Shown piece by piece: positions 13,173 through 27,252 of a stretch of DNA of 64,000 bases (the first letter of the stretch is position 1; each line of letters begins with the position of its first letter). Both the position numbers and the translations under genes were made by a program. This DNA is from Paraspadella gotoi. Lineage: Eukaryota > Animalia > Chaetognatha. Where the stretch lies: contig CM119271.1 in the NCBI GenBank assembly GCA_051294375.1, positions 16,454,212 through 16,518,211 of the forward strand, in the 5' to 3' direction. The notes below the pieces were generated by a model. It saw nothing but the letters and a program-made list of their open reading frames with translations, made no database searches and was not told the origin of the DNA.

Positions 13173-16162
13173 CGAGTTCAGCTCTGCAGCGCTTGTATAA
13201 GAGATAAGAGATAAGAGATAAGGATTTTCCAAGATGTTCAGTGGAAACAGTTTAACTCTGAATGCGCAATACATTAGTATTTTACTTGATAGAATCTTGA
13301 CTTGACTTGGCATTGGTGAAGAATGCTCGCTTACTATGTAAACTAAGTCTTTAATATGTGTATAGCTAGTTAGCTTTTCCCACTATTTATAGATCTCTAT
13401 TATATTATGCTTAAACCTTATTGAACACAATTTAGCACTATTAATGATTAACTATTAAGGTTATTAATCTTATGCTGATTGAGCTCTGATAATGAGACAT
13501 AGATTCTAACAAGAGAGTACATCCTTATAAGCCATAACCATTTTTTTTTAAGCCAACTCTGTTCCATTTTTTTTTATTAATAACAAAAACGATATTAACA
13601 CAATTGTTAAATAGAAAAACAGCAATAGTATCAATAAAAACAATATTTTTTAAAGTTATAAACTAATTTATAAGAATCTATAAAAAATAATGTTCCAGAA
13701 CGTTCAAGGATTAAATAACAACGCTATCAAAAAACGTAAAAACGTAAAAAAACGTAAAAAGACTGGAACTGTATCTGCTAAATATTATTTTTTAAAGTTA
13801 TAAATTAATTCATAAGGATCAAAATCATAAAAACCAGAAACAGCAAAAACCGAAAAAAATCAAGTATAAAAAGTAAGCAACATTAATAAAATGTTCAAGA
13901 ATAATACAACGTTAATAAAAATAAAAAAAAGTAAAAAATATGAAAACAAAAACAAAACAAAAAGTATAAAGCATAAACAAAAAACTTGAGAGCAAAAACA
14001 AATAAACTATAACATTATAAAACGTTAGGAGTGTTTAATGCGTAAACATTCACGGTTTTGTTTTTCATAAAACGTCATTATTATTTAATGTGGAGTGTAT
14101 AACATATACCTAAAAATGTATAATTATAAGGTGTTAAAGTAAAGGGCAGAGGGACCACAATGCTATTAATAGAAATAAAAAACTACAATCAATATATATA
14201 TATAAGTGGAGGACGGAATTTTTAGAGATAAATAATTCGAGACCAAAGTAAAATGAATGTGAATTTATTTTAGCGTAACATCGAAGGGAAAATGCGTGCG
14301 AGAATAAAATAACTTTTATATGAACTACTTTGTTTACCAAAGTAGGACTGTGAAAGCGAATGGAATTTTAGGCCGAGAAATATTATTGACATTTTAGCAA
14401 TTTACAGAATTCTTTCTCACGAACTTCACTTATATTTAATATATATATATAAGCACGCTAACAGAACTGAACAGAACTAACTGAAATGACACTAACAAAT
14501 ACACAAATACCCAAAAAACTGTATCACGTAGATATCACGTAAGTGTAAGAGTAAAAATAATCCCTACATCACCAATAAATAGAAACACGATATCACGCTA
14601 TAAACTGACAACAGACTCTACCACATAAAAAGAGACTCTAATAAAAACAAAGAGATGCTAATAAAAACAAAGACAAAAAAAAGAGATGCTAATAAAAATA
14701 ATGATAATAATAATAAAAACAAAGAAACGCTAATAAACAAACAATATGAGCAAATTAACTCTTTAAGTAATAAAATGTCTAAGTAATTATTAATTAATAA
14801 ATTAGTTAAAATATTACTATAACTCAAGTTAATCATAAAGACTATATTTAGCTACTGGAAAACCGTAAAACAGAACTAATATTAATATCCAAAATAAAAA
14901 TAGACTTAAAATTAAGACTTTTAATACTTAAAATTTAGATTTAATACTGCAATATGTAAATGAGATTGAGAAATTCAATTTCATTTAAGATCATATTAAA
15001 TAATCATGTCTGACAGTTGGACTTTTCTTTTTATTCTTTTTCTTTCTCTCTCTCTTTCTTTTTCTCTCTCTCTATTTATCTATCTCACTCAATCACGCAT
15101 CATATTAGTGAATAGTAATCTGTAATTATTATTTTTTTTTATAAATATAGTAGCCCAGTCAGCCTATTTTGTATATAGTATTACCCTTATATAATGCAAA
15201 ATTTCAAAATGTTTTTTTTTTAATTCTGAGAACAGATTCAGATTCCTCGTTAAAAGTTAATAAATAAATTAATAAATCTTTTTCAAAAATTATGTCATTA
15301 AGTAGGTTAATATTACAAAAAACTATATTTTTAAGCTGGAAATTTAAAATCGGCGTCTTAAATATAGTTTTTTACATTTTTGACTAACTTAATGAAAGAA
15401 TTTTTAAAAAAGAATTGTACTTTCTTATAGTAACTTTTTCAACAATGTTCTTTTAGAAATGTTCTTAGTCTAAGCGCCTTATTTTTATAGAATATCTCTT
15501 AATATACTTGTCCTATTTTTTTGGTATAAAGATGTCGTTTATCAATTCTTAAATTAAATTGCAAAAATTATTTCGATTCGTTGTTATGAGATTAGCAAAG
15601 AGAATTTGTTTTTAATTCGACAACGATTAAAAATAAAATCGTTGTCGAATTAAAAACAAATTATCTTTGTTAAATTAAATTATAATTTTAAAAGGTTTGA
15701 TAAAAATACATACATAATGAATAATAATGTATATGGCAACTGTAATCTGTCGGAATTCAATTAAGTTTCAAATCTGAAACAACTAATGAACGAAACAACA
15801 ACAAAACAACAACAACAATCGGAACTCCCCGGCGCCGAGATTTGTAAAAAGGCGGACCATCCCAGAATTCCGCGCCACTCTCTCTCTCTCTTTCTCTCTC
15901 TCTTCTTTCTTCACCAAACCCCGCTCCCTAATCCCCGTCAATGTATTTTTAAATCTGTGGCGACTTACCAAGGTCAAAAGATAGAATCTCTCTCTCTCTC
16001 TCTCTCTTTCAACGAGAACTTGATTAAAATCGTCAACTCGAACGTGAATCGCCGCAGGTGTAACATTTTTTCACATTTGTTCTCAGATGCTCACGAGAAG
16101 TGTGACTCTTTTTAAAAGCGATGAAAAAAAGAAAATGTACGTTGAATCTTCTTTTATGAGAG

Positions 16163-16204
<42 letters not shown>

Positions 16205-16857
16205 AAATCCCCGCCTCTGCAAAGTCAACAGCCCCCTGATCTCAAGCGGGTCAAGAAAGAGAGAGAGAGAGAGAGAGAGGAGGAGAGGAGGAGAGAGAGA
16301 GGAGACAGAGAGAGAGAGAGAGAGAGAGGAGAAGAGAGAGAGAAGGAAGATCTCAAGCGGGTCAAGAGAGTCCTCAGTCCTGAGCGGCTCAGAAAAAGGG
16401 CCGGGTCCGGGGTCCGGGGTCCGGGGGTCCGGGGTCTGGAAGAGATTAATGAGAGGAACGAGTAAGGCGGAACAAAATTTAGGAAAAAAAATTAGGAAAT
16501 CTGAAATACAAAATTCATTTCTCCATTATTAAAAAAACTAGTGAAGCATTGAATAACATTGAAGAATTTAAAATTAAATATTAAATAGAGGAAAAACCTT
16601 TAAAAATTTTCATCATCATCATTATATCATAAATTTTACAGTTTTTTTCTTATTTAAACCAATTAAACATAAAAATTAAAAAATCTTGTAATAATATTTT
16701 TATCTATTTTAAAGCTCTATCAGAATTCAATATTATAAAAACATTTTTTTACGATAATACATTAAACTTTAATGGCTTTTATATTATTAACTATACGAAA
16801 ATTCGGACATTTTTATACAGAGAAAAACATGTCATGTCATAACAGGCTTATTACTGG

Positions 16858-16909
<52 letters not shown>

Positions 16910-17280
16910 AAGAGAGAGAGTTCACGGCTAGAATCTTCGGCCAAAACGATTGGCCAGTGGCTCCTCAAGGGGGCATTGAAGTGCATTTCGCCAAAATTTA
17001 GATATGGCTTCTCACTTTTATGATCTTTGCAATTATAATGTTTCATATGGATTTAAGTATTTTTTTGTTTGAATTTCTTTCTCATTTTGATTTACTGCAA
17101 TATGCATATTACTTTCTATAATATGCAAATTAGTATATAGAATACTATATTCTAATTTGAATATTGCAGAAAAAACTTATACAGAAAATACTTGAATCAA
17201 TATGAAACATGTGAATTTATCAAATTGTGATAGGATATCTTAAATCTTTTTTTCTTAGGCTCTTTCATGATACTTATATA

Positions 17281-17903
17281 TGGTCTTTTCATACAATTGA
17301 AACATTCTTTGAAATATTATACCACTTCATTGATAGGGAAGCCAGGTACTCTGGGAGTGAATAAACGAGACTGTGAGAGAGTCTTGATTGAAAGCTTGCA
17401 GGGACCTGCTATGTCATTATCTTGTAAGAGTGATGGAGGCCTTAAACCACCAAAGCCTGTCCAAAGTCAGGGGCAAGATAGCTTATTTATTAAATGAATG
17501 GATAATTTTTATATTGGTTGTACCAATTTCATATATATATATATTTAATTATAATAATTTAAACAGGTCATATATTTTAAAAAAAGATTTAAAATTTTTA
17601 ATAATTCACTTTTGACTCTCTTAATTGAATCGAGGCTGGGCAGCTTAATTTTTATGAAATTGGTACAACCAATATAAAAATTATCCATTCATTTAATAAA
17701 TAAGCTATCTTGCCCCTGACTTTGGACAGGCTTTGGTGGTTTAAGGCCTCCATCACTCTTACAAGATAATGACATAGCAGGTCCCTGCAAGCTTTCAATC
17801 AAGACTCTCTCACAGTCTCGTTTATTCACTCCCAGAGTACCTGGCTTCCCTATCAATGAAGTGAAAAATATTTCAAAGAATGTTTCAATTGTATGAAAAG
17901 ACC
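17281..17903. repeat. Inverted pair (~250-bp arms) of dispersed repeat family E
   Basis: 17281-17532 is the near-perfect reverse complement of ~17653-17903. Other copies lie at ~19392, 38375, 44052, 45590, 50757, 56870 and 61185. Confidence 0.9.
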
Positions 17904-20900
17904 ACTCCCTTAAGTATTAGATCGGGGAATACTTATTGTACTCCGCACTAGCATCATGTTAGAGCTTTCGTACATGTATCATTCTCTTCACATTTTTAAG
18001 GGCTTTCAGAGGATATTAATATTGATAATATCTTAATTAATACTTTGTCTAAATAAAGTGTTTAAATTTAAAAAAAATCGATTTAAAAACAGTGAGTTGG
18101 AAAATAAAACCCCATTTTAAAAATTAACTTTCTCCACTCATTGTCAAGGCATATCTTAACTGATCAATATAAAATTTGAACACATAAATGATTTTAGTAT
18201 TTTTTACTCAACTATCTTTTAAAATCAATGAAATAACCACAGGTTTACAAATGGCAGCGTTTTTTTACCGGCGCTTGTAAAATTGTCACCATGTAAATAA
18301 AAATACATACTTTTTAAATTAAAAAAAATTGTAACAATTAAATTTAATCTAAAAACGAGTTTAGCTCTCCCTTAATAATTTTATGGTCAATCTCGTTTTT
18401 AGATTAAATTTAATTGTTACAATTCGTCCGGTCATTTTGTTACCGCTATTTTTTCTGGTCGTACTCAATTTTTGGAGAGATTGAACCAGAATTTTTAGTT
18501 CTGTTTTAATACTCAAACAATAAAACGTTCGCCTGTTTTCGAACCCCGTTTTTACGGGTTTCCGGTGGACTGAAATATTTGTACAATAAAATTTCATTAT
18601 TACTACCAAAAATATCTTCTTCTTCGTGAAACCTACGTTAAGCAGTCGAAAGAGGCAACATCCGGATGCTCGTCTTGCTAGCGTGAGAATAAACCATTCT
18701 TCACAACAATTAATAATTCATCGTGTCAATGAATGACTATCATCTCATCAATGAATGACTATCATCTCATCAATGAATGACTATCATCGCATCAATCATT
18801 TGGTTATCATAGCATCAATAATAAATTACTATGACATCAATCAATTACTATTTCATCAATAATTCGTTATGGCATTAATCATTCGTTTTTTTCTCTGGAT
18901 TTTGTCATTAATTTTCTTTGATAGTAACGTCTAGCGAGATCACTATACTTTAAAGAATTTTTTTTTCATCTTTTTTCTTCATTTTCCCATAAGCCTCCAC
19001 AACGAAATCAAATCCAGGATCGCCATCACTTTTGTCTCTCGATAAAATGATACAAATTTTCCACAGATGTCGCTAATAGAGAGATTTTTGTTCGCGCAAT
19101 CACAAACAAAAGATTTTCGCCTAAAAAAAGGAAAATATGGAATTAAAAAAAATTATAGGCTGCTTGAGTGATGACTCACACTTTGGCGGAAATAACAACG
19201 CTTTCATTTGTTTGCGACAAATATATATACATCAGTCCGTCCATCTGTCCACTTCATTCTTTCGTGGTTGAATTAATTCCCTCATTCTATGGTGTAACGT
19301 CATTCTGGGATCTTTTTCTGTGGCTGACATTTACCAGTTTCTTGATTGTTTAATTGTTTAAAGAAATGTTTTTCCTAATTTGCTAACATTTTGATGCTAG
19401 AGCGGAGTACAATATAGTATTTTCCGAACTAATACATAAGGGAGTGGTCTTTTCATACAATTAAAATATTCTTTGAAATATTATATCACTTCATTTATAG
19501 GGAAGCCAGGTACTCTGGGAGTGAATAAACAAGACTGTGAGAGAGTCTTGATTAGTTAACTGTTAAGTAACCAACTAAAGACTGAGAATTGAACCCCCCC
19601 CAAAAAAAATAAACCAAAGATTAGAAAATGTAAAATAATTTTATTATGATTTTAATAACGTTTTTATTATTTGATTTAAGCGCTGATGAAGGCTTTCATA
19701 CAATTGAAACATTCTTTGAAATATTATATCACTTCATTGATAGTGAACTTAAATCTTTTACTTTCCTATTCCTCAACATCTTTATTTCCATTTCATCTAA
19801 ATTTCAATTTCTTAATTCAATCTAAATTATTTAGTTTAGCTATTAAGTCTATTTACATATTTATTAATTTTATTATTGTATTGTATTGTTTCTAAATGTT
19901 AACCTCTGCTTCTCTCTCTCTCCCTGTCTTTTCCCTGTCTTTTCCCTCACTCTCTCTCTCTCTCTCTCTCTCTCTCATCGGCTTGGGCAGTAGAGCGTAG
20001 TAAAAGTTACATACGGAAATTCTAAAAGTCAATTATGAACAACATACCATCAGTGAACATTAATTTGTAAAAAAAATTAATTTTATGTTTTTTTAATTTT
20101 CGCAGTAGGCTATATTTATATATAGTACTATCAAAATAGGCTTTTCTCAATTTAGATTGCAGATTTGAATTCCTCGTCAAAATTTGATAAAAAAAATATA
20201 AATCATTTTTAACAATTATTTCATTAAGTGGGTTAAAAATTAAAAAAACTATATTTAATATATAGGCTTTTTCTAATTTTTGACCCACTTAATGAAAATT
20301 TTTTTAAAAAAGAGTTATATTTCTTTTTATCAACTTTTTATGACAAATCCAAATCTGCAAAAAAATCTTAGAAAAAAGTCTTTTGAAATTTTAACATTTA
20401 TTAGATTAGTACTAGTATAATATTTGAACAACAATTGCACATGATGGATAGGGCAATTGCCTTGAAATTTGTATGATGGTAGGAAATGTGTGATTGAGGT
20501 GGATATAAAGTTTCAATGGAATCGTGCGAGTGGAAATGAGTTAAAATGGAAAAAAACAAAGTCATATTTACTTGAAGTATTTTTTACTAAATTTACTCAT
20601 AATCATTATGTTTATTAAAAATTGGATAGATAAATCGAAATTGAATTTTGTGTGTGGTAGGAAAGTATGTGATAAAGCTGGATATAATTTTTTTGATGGA
20701 ATCGTAGGAGTGGAAAAGAGTTCAAATTAGAAAACCAAAAGACACATTTATTTGAATTTTTTAAAGTTTCTCTCTCTCTGATTGATTGATTGATTGATTG
20801 ACCAAATTATGCCAATTGACAAAAATATGCCAGTTGACCAAATTCTTAAAGTTGACCAAATTATGCCAGTTGACCAAATTCTGCAAGTTGATCAGTTCTG

Positions 20901-21179
20901 CAAGTTGACCAAATTATGCCTGTTGACCAAGTTATGCCAGTTGACCAAATTAGGCCAGTTGATAAAATTATGCCAGTTTGCCAAATATGCGGTTGACAAA
21001 TTATCTAATTGATCAAATTAAGTCAGTTGACCAAATTATGTCAGTAGACAAATTAAGTCAGTTAACCAAATTATGTCAGTTGACCAAATTATGCAAGTTG
21101 ATTAAATTTGCAAGTTGACCAAGTTAGCTTATTACACTTAATTATCGTAGGCAGTCCGACATTGTTTGCTCAAACTTGT

Positions 21180-22101
21180 TTTTGGGAAGATCTGAGTTCG
21201 AGTTGTGGATTGGCAATATCCACTCCTAGTCGTCATTCACGTAATATTCTTGGTGACGGCGTTCGTGCAAATCTTCTCTTGCGTTTCGACCGTGTTCGTT
21301 CTCTCATCACGGTTCACAACATCGATTGGCGTGAGAGGAAAATCACGAGTGAACGAAAACGAAACCCTTCACGTCAACACTTCGCCACAACCGCAACCAT
21401 CAATGCCAACGTCGTTGCACAGTTTATAACAACGGCGCTTTCCATTGCGATCGGCGTCGTCGTTCTCTTTATCGGTCGCTTATGGCGTCGGAGGCGGCGT
21501 AGATGACCGTCGATGGAAAAAGCGTCAAAACGCCGGAGCGTCGCTTTGGTGCGGCGTCGTCTTTCTACTAGTCTCATGGCTCGGCTTCAAAGCGGCTCGA
21601 TTAGGACAAAACGTTTATTTAATCCTTTTTCTCTGCTTCAACGTCCTCGGGACAATTTTGTCGCCGGTGGAGATCATAGCCGCGTCCTTCGCTATCGCTG
21701 ATTACGATGAAGACATGTTGGTGAAAGATCGAAAGTGCGATCCCTATTGCGAATACATCTTGGCCGATAACGCCTCTAGATTCGTTCTCCCTCTCATCCA
21801 CCTTGATGGCGTGCTCATTCTGACCGGGTTACTGCATTTTGCCTTCAGCATTTGGGGCATCGCTTCGGCATCGAGGGCGCTGCATCGCGACAGAGTGTGC
21901 GCTCGCTGTTGTGGTGATTGCTGTTGCGGCTGCTGTGGCGGCGACTCAAGGTCCGCAGTGAAGTACGTGGTGGCGCGCGGATCGGCGGAGGGAACTCTTG
22001 TGCTGGTGCCGATCGATAACTCCGTTGCTGTGGACTCCATCGCCGTTCAAACGACCGTCATCGACGGGGAGAGGACGACAGAACTGCAGCTACCTGCATG
22101 A
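21180..22101 (+). pseudogene. Frameshifted partial duplicate of the MS4A-like gene (3' portion only)
   Basis: Nearly identical to 25770-26697, but with several frameshifting indels in 21200-21480 and no N-terminal segment. Confidence 0.7.
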
Positions 22102-22655
22102 ACTTCAGGGACGGAAATTGGAACTGTTTCTCTGACATTTGAAGAAGGGAAAGACAGTGAATTTCAAAATGAGTCGTGAAATTGTGAAATTGTCTTCTTA
22201 TACTATGTAGTATGTACTATGTATGTCGGAGAAATGCATTCACTTGACCCTGGACAGTATTTTCGTTTGAGAGAGAGAGATGAAAAAAAAAAGAGAAAAA
22301 GAGGTATATAAGTACATATTTGATTTCGATATCATACCATTAGCTTATCAACATAATCTTGCTATTTTGAAGGATATATTTTTCATTTACGTATGTTTTT
22401 TGGTTTAAACTTTTTGTTAGGGATTAAGTTATGTTCTCGGTTAGTGGTTAAAAATATGGGTTAGTTAGTAGGGTTGACAATACAAGACTTGACATAGGTT
22501 GTCATGACATGGGGCGTGTACATAAAATTAATAAAATTTAAAAAAAATCAGATTGTAGCAAAATCAAATAGCTACAAGCAGATTTTTTTTGAAAATGCAA
22601 AATTCGTACCCTATTTCCAGATCTAAAATACGCAAAGCTCAAATTATTTTTATCC

Positions 22656-22906
22656 TATGGCAACAGCCGGGTTGCTGTGATGCCCTTGGGATGGGGCATC
22701 TCACTGTTGGCTTTGGGGCTTCCGACCCTCATTGACGCCTCCAGTCACTGGCGCGGTTACCCTAGGACGGTCTCGCTTTGCAACACAGAGGGAAGACGTT
22801 AGGACTGTGGATGGAACACTACGCCTGGGATGCTGTGTTCCCCCTCTGAGCCTATGGATTTGGCTGAAGCATGGTGGACGTGAGGCAGTGTGAATATACC
22901 GCCACA
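22656..22906 (-). mobile_element. Solo LTR, family B, with a twister-like motif
   Basis: TATGGC...GCCACA termini, flanks ATCC/ATCT, homologous to 33838-34086. Confidence 0.85.
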
Positions 22907-22912
22907 ATCTAT

Positions 22913-23135
22913 TATGGTGGACTAAAATCCACTAACCGTTCATCAGCGGCCATTGGTGCCGCAGGAAAGTCATTCGTCTCCCAACCCAAAGGTCCGGGGT
23001 TTTAGCCCGATGGTCGCCTAGCAGTTAAGAGGGACGGGGCGCTTAACCCGCCTGTAACATGGTGTTACAGCCTGATCCAAAGCTCAGGGACTGTATATAT
23101 TGAACGGTTCTGTCACTAAACCATAACAGTAATTA
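22913..23135 (+). mobile_element. Solo LTR, family C, 3'-truncated by the duplication breakpoint
   Basis: Homologous to 27515-27748. Confidence 0.85.
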
Positions 23136-23533
23136 ATTAGTTTGAATTGAGAGTAAAAAACTTGTGAAAGATAAAACTGAAACACGCTCGTTAGTTAGCT
23201 CTCGTAACAGCTGATCGCGGGGAAGAGTAAATTCAGATATTCAACGGAAACAAATGATTCTATCGATCTAAACGAAACTAAACAATTATACGCGAATAAA
23301 AAGGCATCGCTTTCTCCAGGAAGAATAGTAGAATACATCAGTTCTTGTTATTATATGAAATGAGTAATAATTTCTAAAAAACGTAGCTTTTAAAGGCAGT
23401 GTAAAACACTGGCCTCAAGCCCCACTTTTCCTTTCAATTTATTTCAATATATTTCTCTCTCTCTCTCCCTCTTTCTCCCTCTCTCTCTCTCTCAAAAGTC
23501 ATATTGAAAAACCGAAAAATGTGAAATTGTCAA

Positions 23534-23577
23534 ATGCGCTGATGAAGGCTTGCATGAAAGCCGAAACATGTCATAAT
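23534..23577 (+). ncRNA. Degenerate minimal hammerhead ribozyme (Penelope-like)
   Basis: CTGATGA-A-GGCTT-GCATGA-AAGCC-GAAA-CATGTC. Stem I is not complementary. Confidence 0.6.
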
Positions 23578-23885
23578 AAAATCAAATCGTTATTGAAAAG
23601 ACTTCATTTCCTAGTAATTTCTTTGTAATAAAAACATCGTTGTTGTAAACCGAGTTTCAAGTATTTTACGTTTTCTTGTATCAAACGCAACAGAAACAAA
23701 ACAAAACAAAACAAAAAAAAGAGCCCCAGCTTCATTATGTGCGGTTCGATCGAGTCACTCAATGAAAGCGGAGCCAAGAATCTCCGTCAACACGGAATCA
23801 TCCAAACAGGGACGTGTAGAGGAGTCACACTCTCTCCACGTATATAAAGGGAAAAAATTAATATAAGAATATCAAGGCTTAATAA

Positions 23886-24097
23886 TATGGCACGGTTGGC
23901 TTTGGGGGCTTCCGACTCTCAGTGACGCCTCCAGTCACTGGCGCGGTTACCCTGGGACGGTCTCACTTTGCTAACGCAGAGGGAAGTCGTTAGGGCTGTG
24001 GATGGAACAGTACGCCTGGGATGGTGTGTTCCACCTCTGAGCCAATGAATTTGGCTGAAGGATGGTGGACGTGAGGCGGTGTGAATATACCGCCACA
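23886..24097 (-). mobile_element. Solo LTR, family B (one hairpin deleted), with a twister-like motif
   Basis: TATGGC...GCCACA termini, flanks ATAA/ATAG. Confidence 0.85.
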
Positions 24098-24304
24098 ATA
24101 GCTGTCATCTTAGGCTTGTTGAAAGAGATTAAATTTATATGATAATATTTTTTTGATAATAAAAAGTTATCTCAATTTATAAATGATAAATTAGGATAGT
24201 CTTTAATGAGACAGAATATATACATATATTCTGCTAGCAATTAATTTTTAGCCATACAATAGAAATTTCTTTGTTAAAGGGGATTTTAAGAGGGGCCCGT
24301 TAAA

Positions 24305-26697
24305 ATGATCATTGGAGGGGCCTGCCTTTTCTCTACACGGTCCTGCGCTTCAAACAGTCTGTGGAATCCTCTCCATTATCTTTTCCGTTACGGATCTCGT
24401 TCTCATTAAAACCTTCCTCCATCATCACGCGCCTTTCAGCGGCACCGCTAGCAGCGGCGGCTGCGGCGGCGTCATCTTCGTCCTCGCCGGCGTCGTCGCT
24501 CTCGTAGCCGGCGTTAAGCGGCTCGTGTTCGGCTGGATCGTCGCTGCGCTGACGTGTCAGCTTTGCAGCGCCTGCTGCTCCCTATTTCATTTCGTCAACG
24601 CGATTTTGTCATTGATCGTCGATCGATGGCTTTGGCATTGTGGTCGTTTTTTTAGTCGGATCTGCTTATCAGCAGATCCCGAATCTATAATTCACTTTGT
24701 CGGTCCGTCGGTCCGCCCCTTCAATATTGTTGGGCATACACTTATATCATGTCAGAACATCGAATTATGATAAATTATGCAAAAAAAATGATGTCCGTCC
24801 GTCTGTCTGTCTGTCTGTCTGTCCGTCCATCCATCCCACCTTAGCAAAAAACTCCAATTACTCGTGATTGGATGGATGGATTGGTATGAAATTTTGTGTG
24901 TGGGTAGGAAACTGTGTGATTGAGATGGATATGAAGTTTCGATGGAATCGTGAGAGTGGAAATTGGTTTAAATGAAAAAAACAAAAAAATATAATTCACT
25001 GTTTGAACAACAATTGCACATGAGTGATAGGGCAATTGACTTGAAATTTGTATGATGGTAGGAATGTGTGATTGAGGTGGATATAAAGTTTCAATGGAAT
25101 CGTGCGAGTGTGAAATGAGTTAAAATGGAAAAAACAAAAGTCATATTTACTTGAAGTATTTTTTTACTTAAATTTACTCATAATCATTATGTTTATTAAA
25201 AATTGGATAGATAAATCGAAATTGAATTTTGTGTGTGGGTAGGAAAGTATGTGATAAAGCTGGATATAAATTTTTTGATGGAATCGTAGGAGTGGAAAAG
25301 AGTTCAAATTAGAAAACAAAAGACACATTTATTTGAATTTTTTAAAGTTTTCTCTCTCTCTGATTGATTGATTGATTGATTGACCAAATTATGCCAATTG
25401 ACAAAAATATGCCAGTTGACCAAATTCTTAAAGTTGACCAAATTATGCCAGTTGACCAAATTCTGCAAGTTGATCAAGTTCTGCAAGTTGACCAAATTAT
25501 GCCTGTTGACCAAGTTATGCCAGTTGACCAAATTAGGCCAGTTGATAAAATTATGCCAGTTGACCAAATTATGCCGGTTGACCAAATTATCTAATGGATC
25601 AAATTAAGTCAGTTGACCAAATTATGTCAGTAGAGCCAAATTAAGTCAGTTAACCAAATTATGTCAGTTGACCAAATTATGCAAGTTGATTAAATTATGC
25701 AAGTTGACCAAGTTAGCTTATTACCACTTAATTATCGTAGGCAGATCCGACATTGTTTGCTCAAACTTGTTTTTGGGAAGATCTGAGTTCGAGTTGCGTG
25801 GATTGGCAATATCCACTCCTAGTCGTCATTCACGTAATATTCTTGGTGACGGCGTTCGTGCAAATCTTCTCTTGCGTTTCGACCGTGTTCGTTCTCTGCA
25901 TCACGGTTCACAAACATCGACTTGGCGTGAGAGGAAAATCACGAGTGAACGAAAACGAAACCCTTCACGTCAACAACTTCGCCACAACCGCAACCATCAA
26001 TGCCAACGTCGTTGCACAGTTTATAACAACGGCGCTTTCCATTGCGATCGGCGTCGTCGTTCTCTTTATCGTCGCTTATGGCGTCGGAGGCGGCGTAGAT
26101 GACCGTCGATGGAAAAAGCGTCAAAACGCCGGAGCGTCGCTTTGGTGCGGCGTCGTCTTTCTACTAGTCTCATGGCTCGGCTTCAAAGCGGCTCGATTAG
26201 GACAAAACGTTTATTTAATCCTTTTTCTCTGCTTCAACGTCCTCGGGACAATTTTGGCGCCGGTGGAGATCATAGCCGCGTCCTTCGCTATCGCTGATTA
26301 CGATGAAGACATGTTGGTGAAAGATCGAAAGTGCGATCCCTATTGCGAATACATCTTGGCCGATAACGCCTCTAGATTCGTTCTCCCTCTCATCCACCTT
26401 GATGGCGTGCTCATTCTGACCGGGTTACTGCATTTTGCCTTCAGCATTTGGGGCATCGCTTCGGCATCGAGGGCGCTGCATCGCGACAGAGTGTGCGCTC
26501 GCTGTTGTGGTGATTGCTGTTGCGGCTGCTGTGGCGGCGACTCAAGGTCCGCAGTGAAGTACGTGGTGGCGCGCGGATCGGCGGAGGGAACTCTTGTGCT
26601 GGTGCCGATCGATAACTCCGTTGCTGTGGACTCCATCGCCGTTCAAAAGACCGTCATCGACGGGGAGAGGACGACAGAACTGCAGCTACCTGCATGA
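24305..26697 (+). CDS. Tandem double MS4A/CD20-like multi-pass membrane protein (~8 TM, Cys-rich tail), interrupted by a HINE-like insertion; may be disrupted
   Basis: The 5' part (LQTVCGILSIIF...GGVIFVLAG...CQLCSACC...HCGR) joins in frame to FWEDLSS...(25770-26697) once 24647-25769 is removed. Two repeats of the MS4A-like Q...G / WxGxxF / L...S pattern. The ATG at 24305 is 1 nt out of frame, so the start is uncertain. Confidence 0.6.
24647..25769 (+). mobile_element. Full-length DINE-1/HINE-like element inserted in a T-run
   Basis: TTTAGTCGGATCTGCTTATCAGCAGATCCCGA start, (GTCY)n, 18-bp array at 25380-25712, GCAGATCCGAC...CAAACTTG|TTTTT end. Confidence 0.85.
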
Positions 26698-27252
26698 ACT
26701 TCAGGGACGGAAATTGGAACTGTTTCTCTGACATTTGAAGAAGGGAAAGACAGTGAATTTCAAAATGAGTCGTGAAATTGTGAAATTGTCTTCTTATACT
26801 ATGTAGTATGTACTATGTATGTCGGAGAAATGCATTCACTTGACCCTGGACAGTATTTTCGTTTGAGAGAGAGAGATAGAAAAAAAGAAAGAGAAAAAGA
26901 GGTATATAAGTACATATTTGATTTCGATATCATACCATTAGCTTATCAACATAATCTTGCTATTTTGAAGGATATATTTTTCATTTACGTATGTTTTTTT
27001 GGTTTAAACTTTTTGTTAGGGATTAAGTTATGTTCTCGGTTAGTGGTTAAAAATATGGGTTAGTTAGTAGGGTTGACAATACAAGACTTGACATAGGTTG
27101 TCATGACATGGGGCGTGTACATAAAATTAATAAAATTTAAAAAAATCAGATTGTAGCAAAATCAAATAGCTACAAGCAGATTTTTTTGAAAATGCAAAAT
27201 TCGTACCCTATTTCCAGATCTAAAATACGCAAAGCTCAAATTATTTTTATCC

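Larger units (their letters stand above)
20423..23135 (+). repeat. ~2.7-kb direct duplication of 25002-27736
   Basis: Collinear HINE 3' part, MS4A-like 3' ORF, UTR, LTR-B and LTR-C. The differences are mostly 1-3 bp deletions. Confidence 0.95.
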
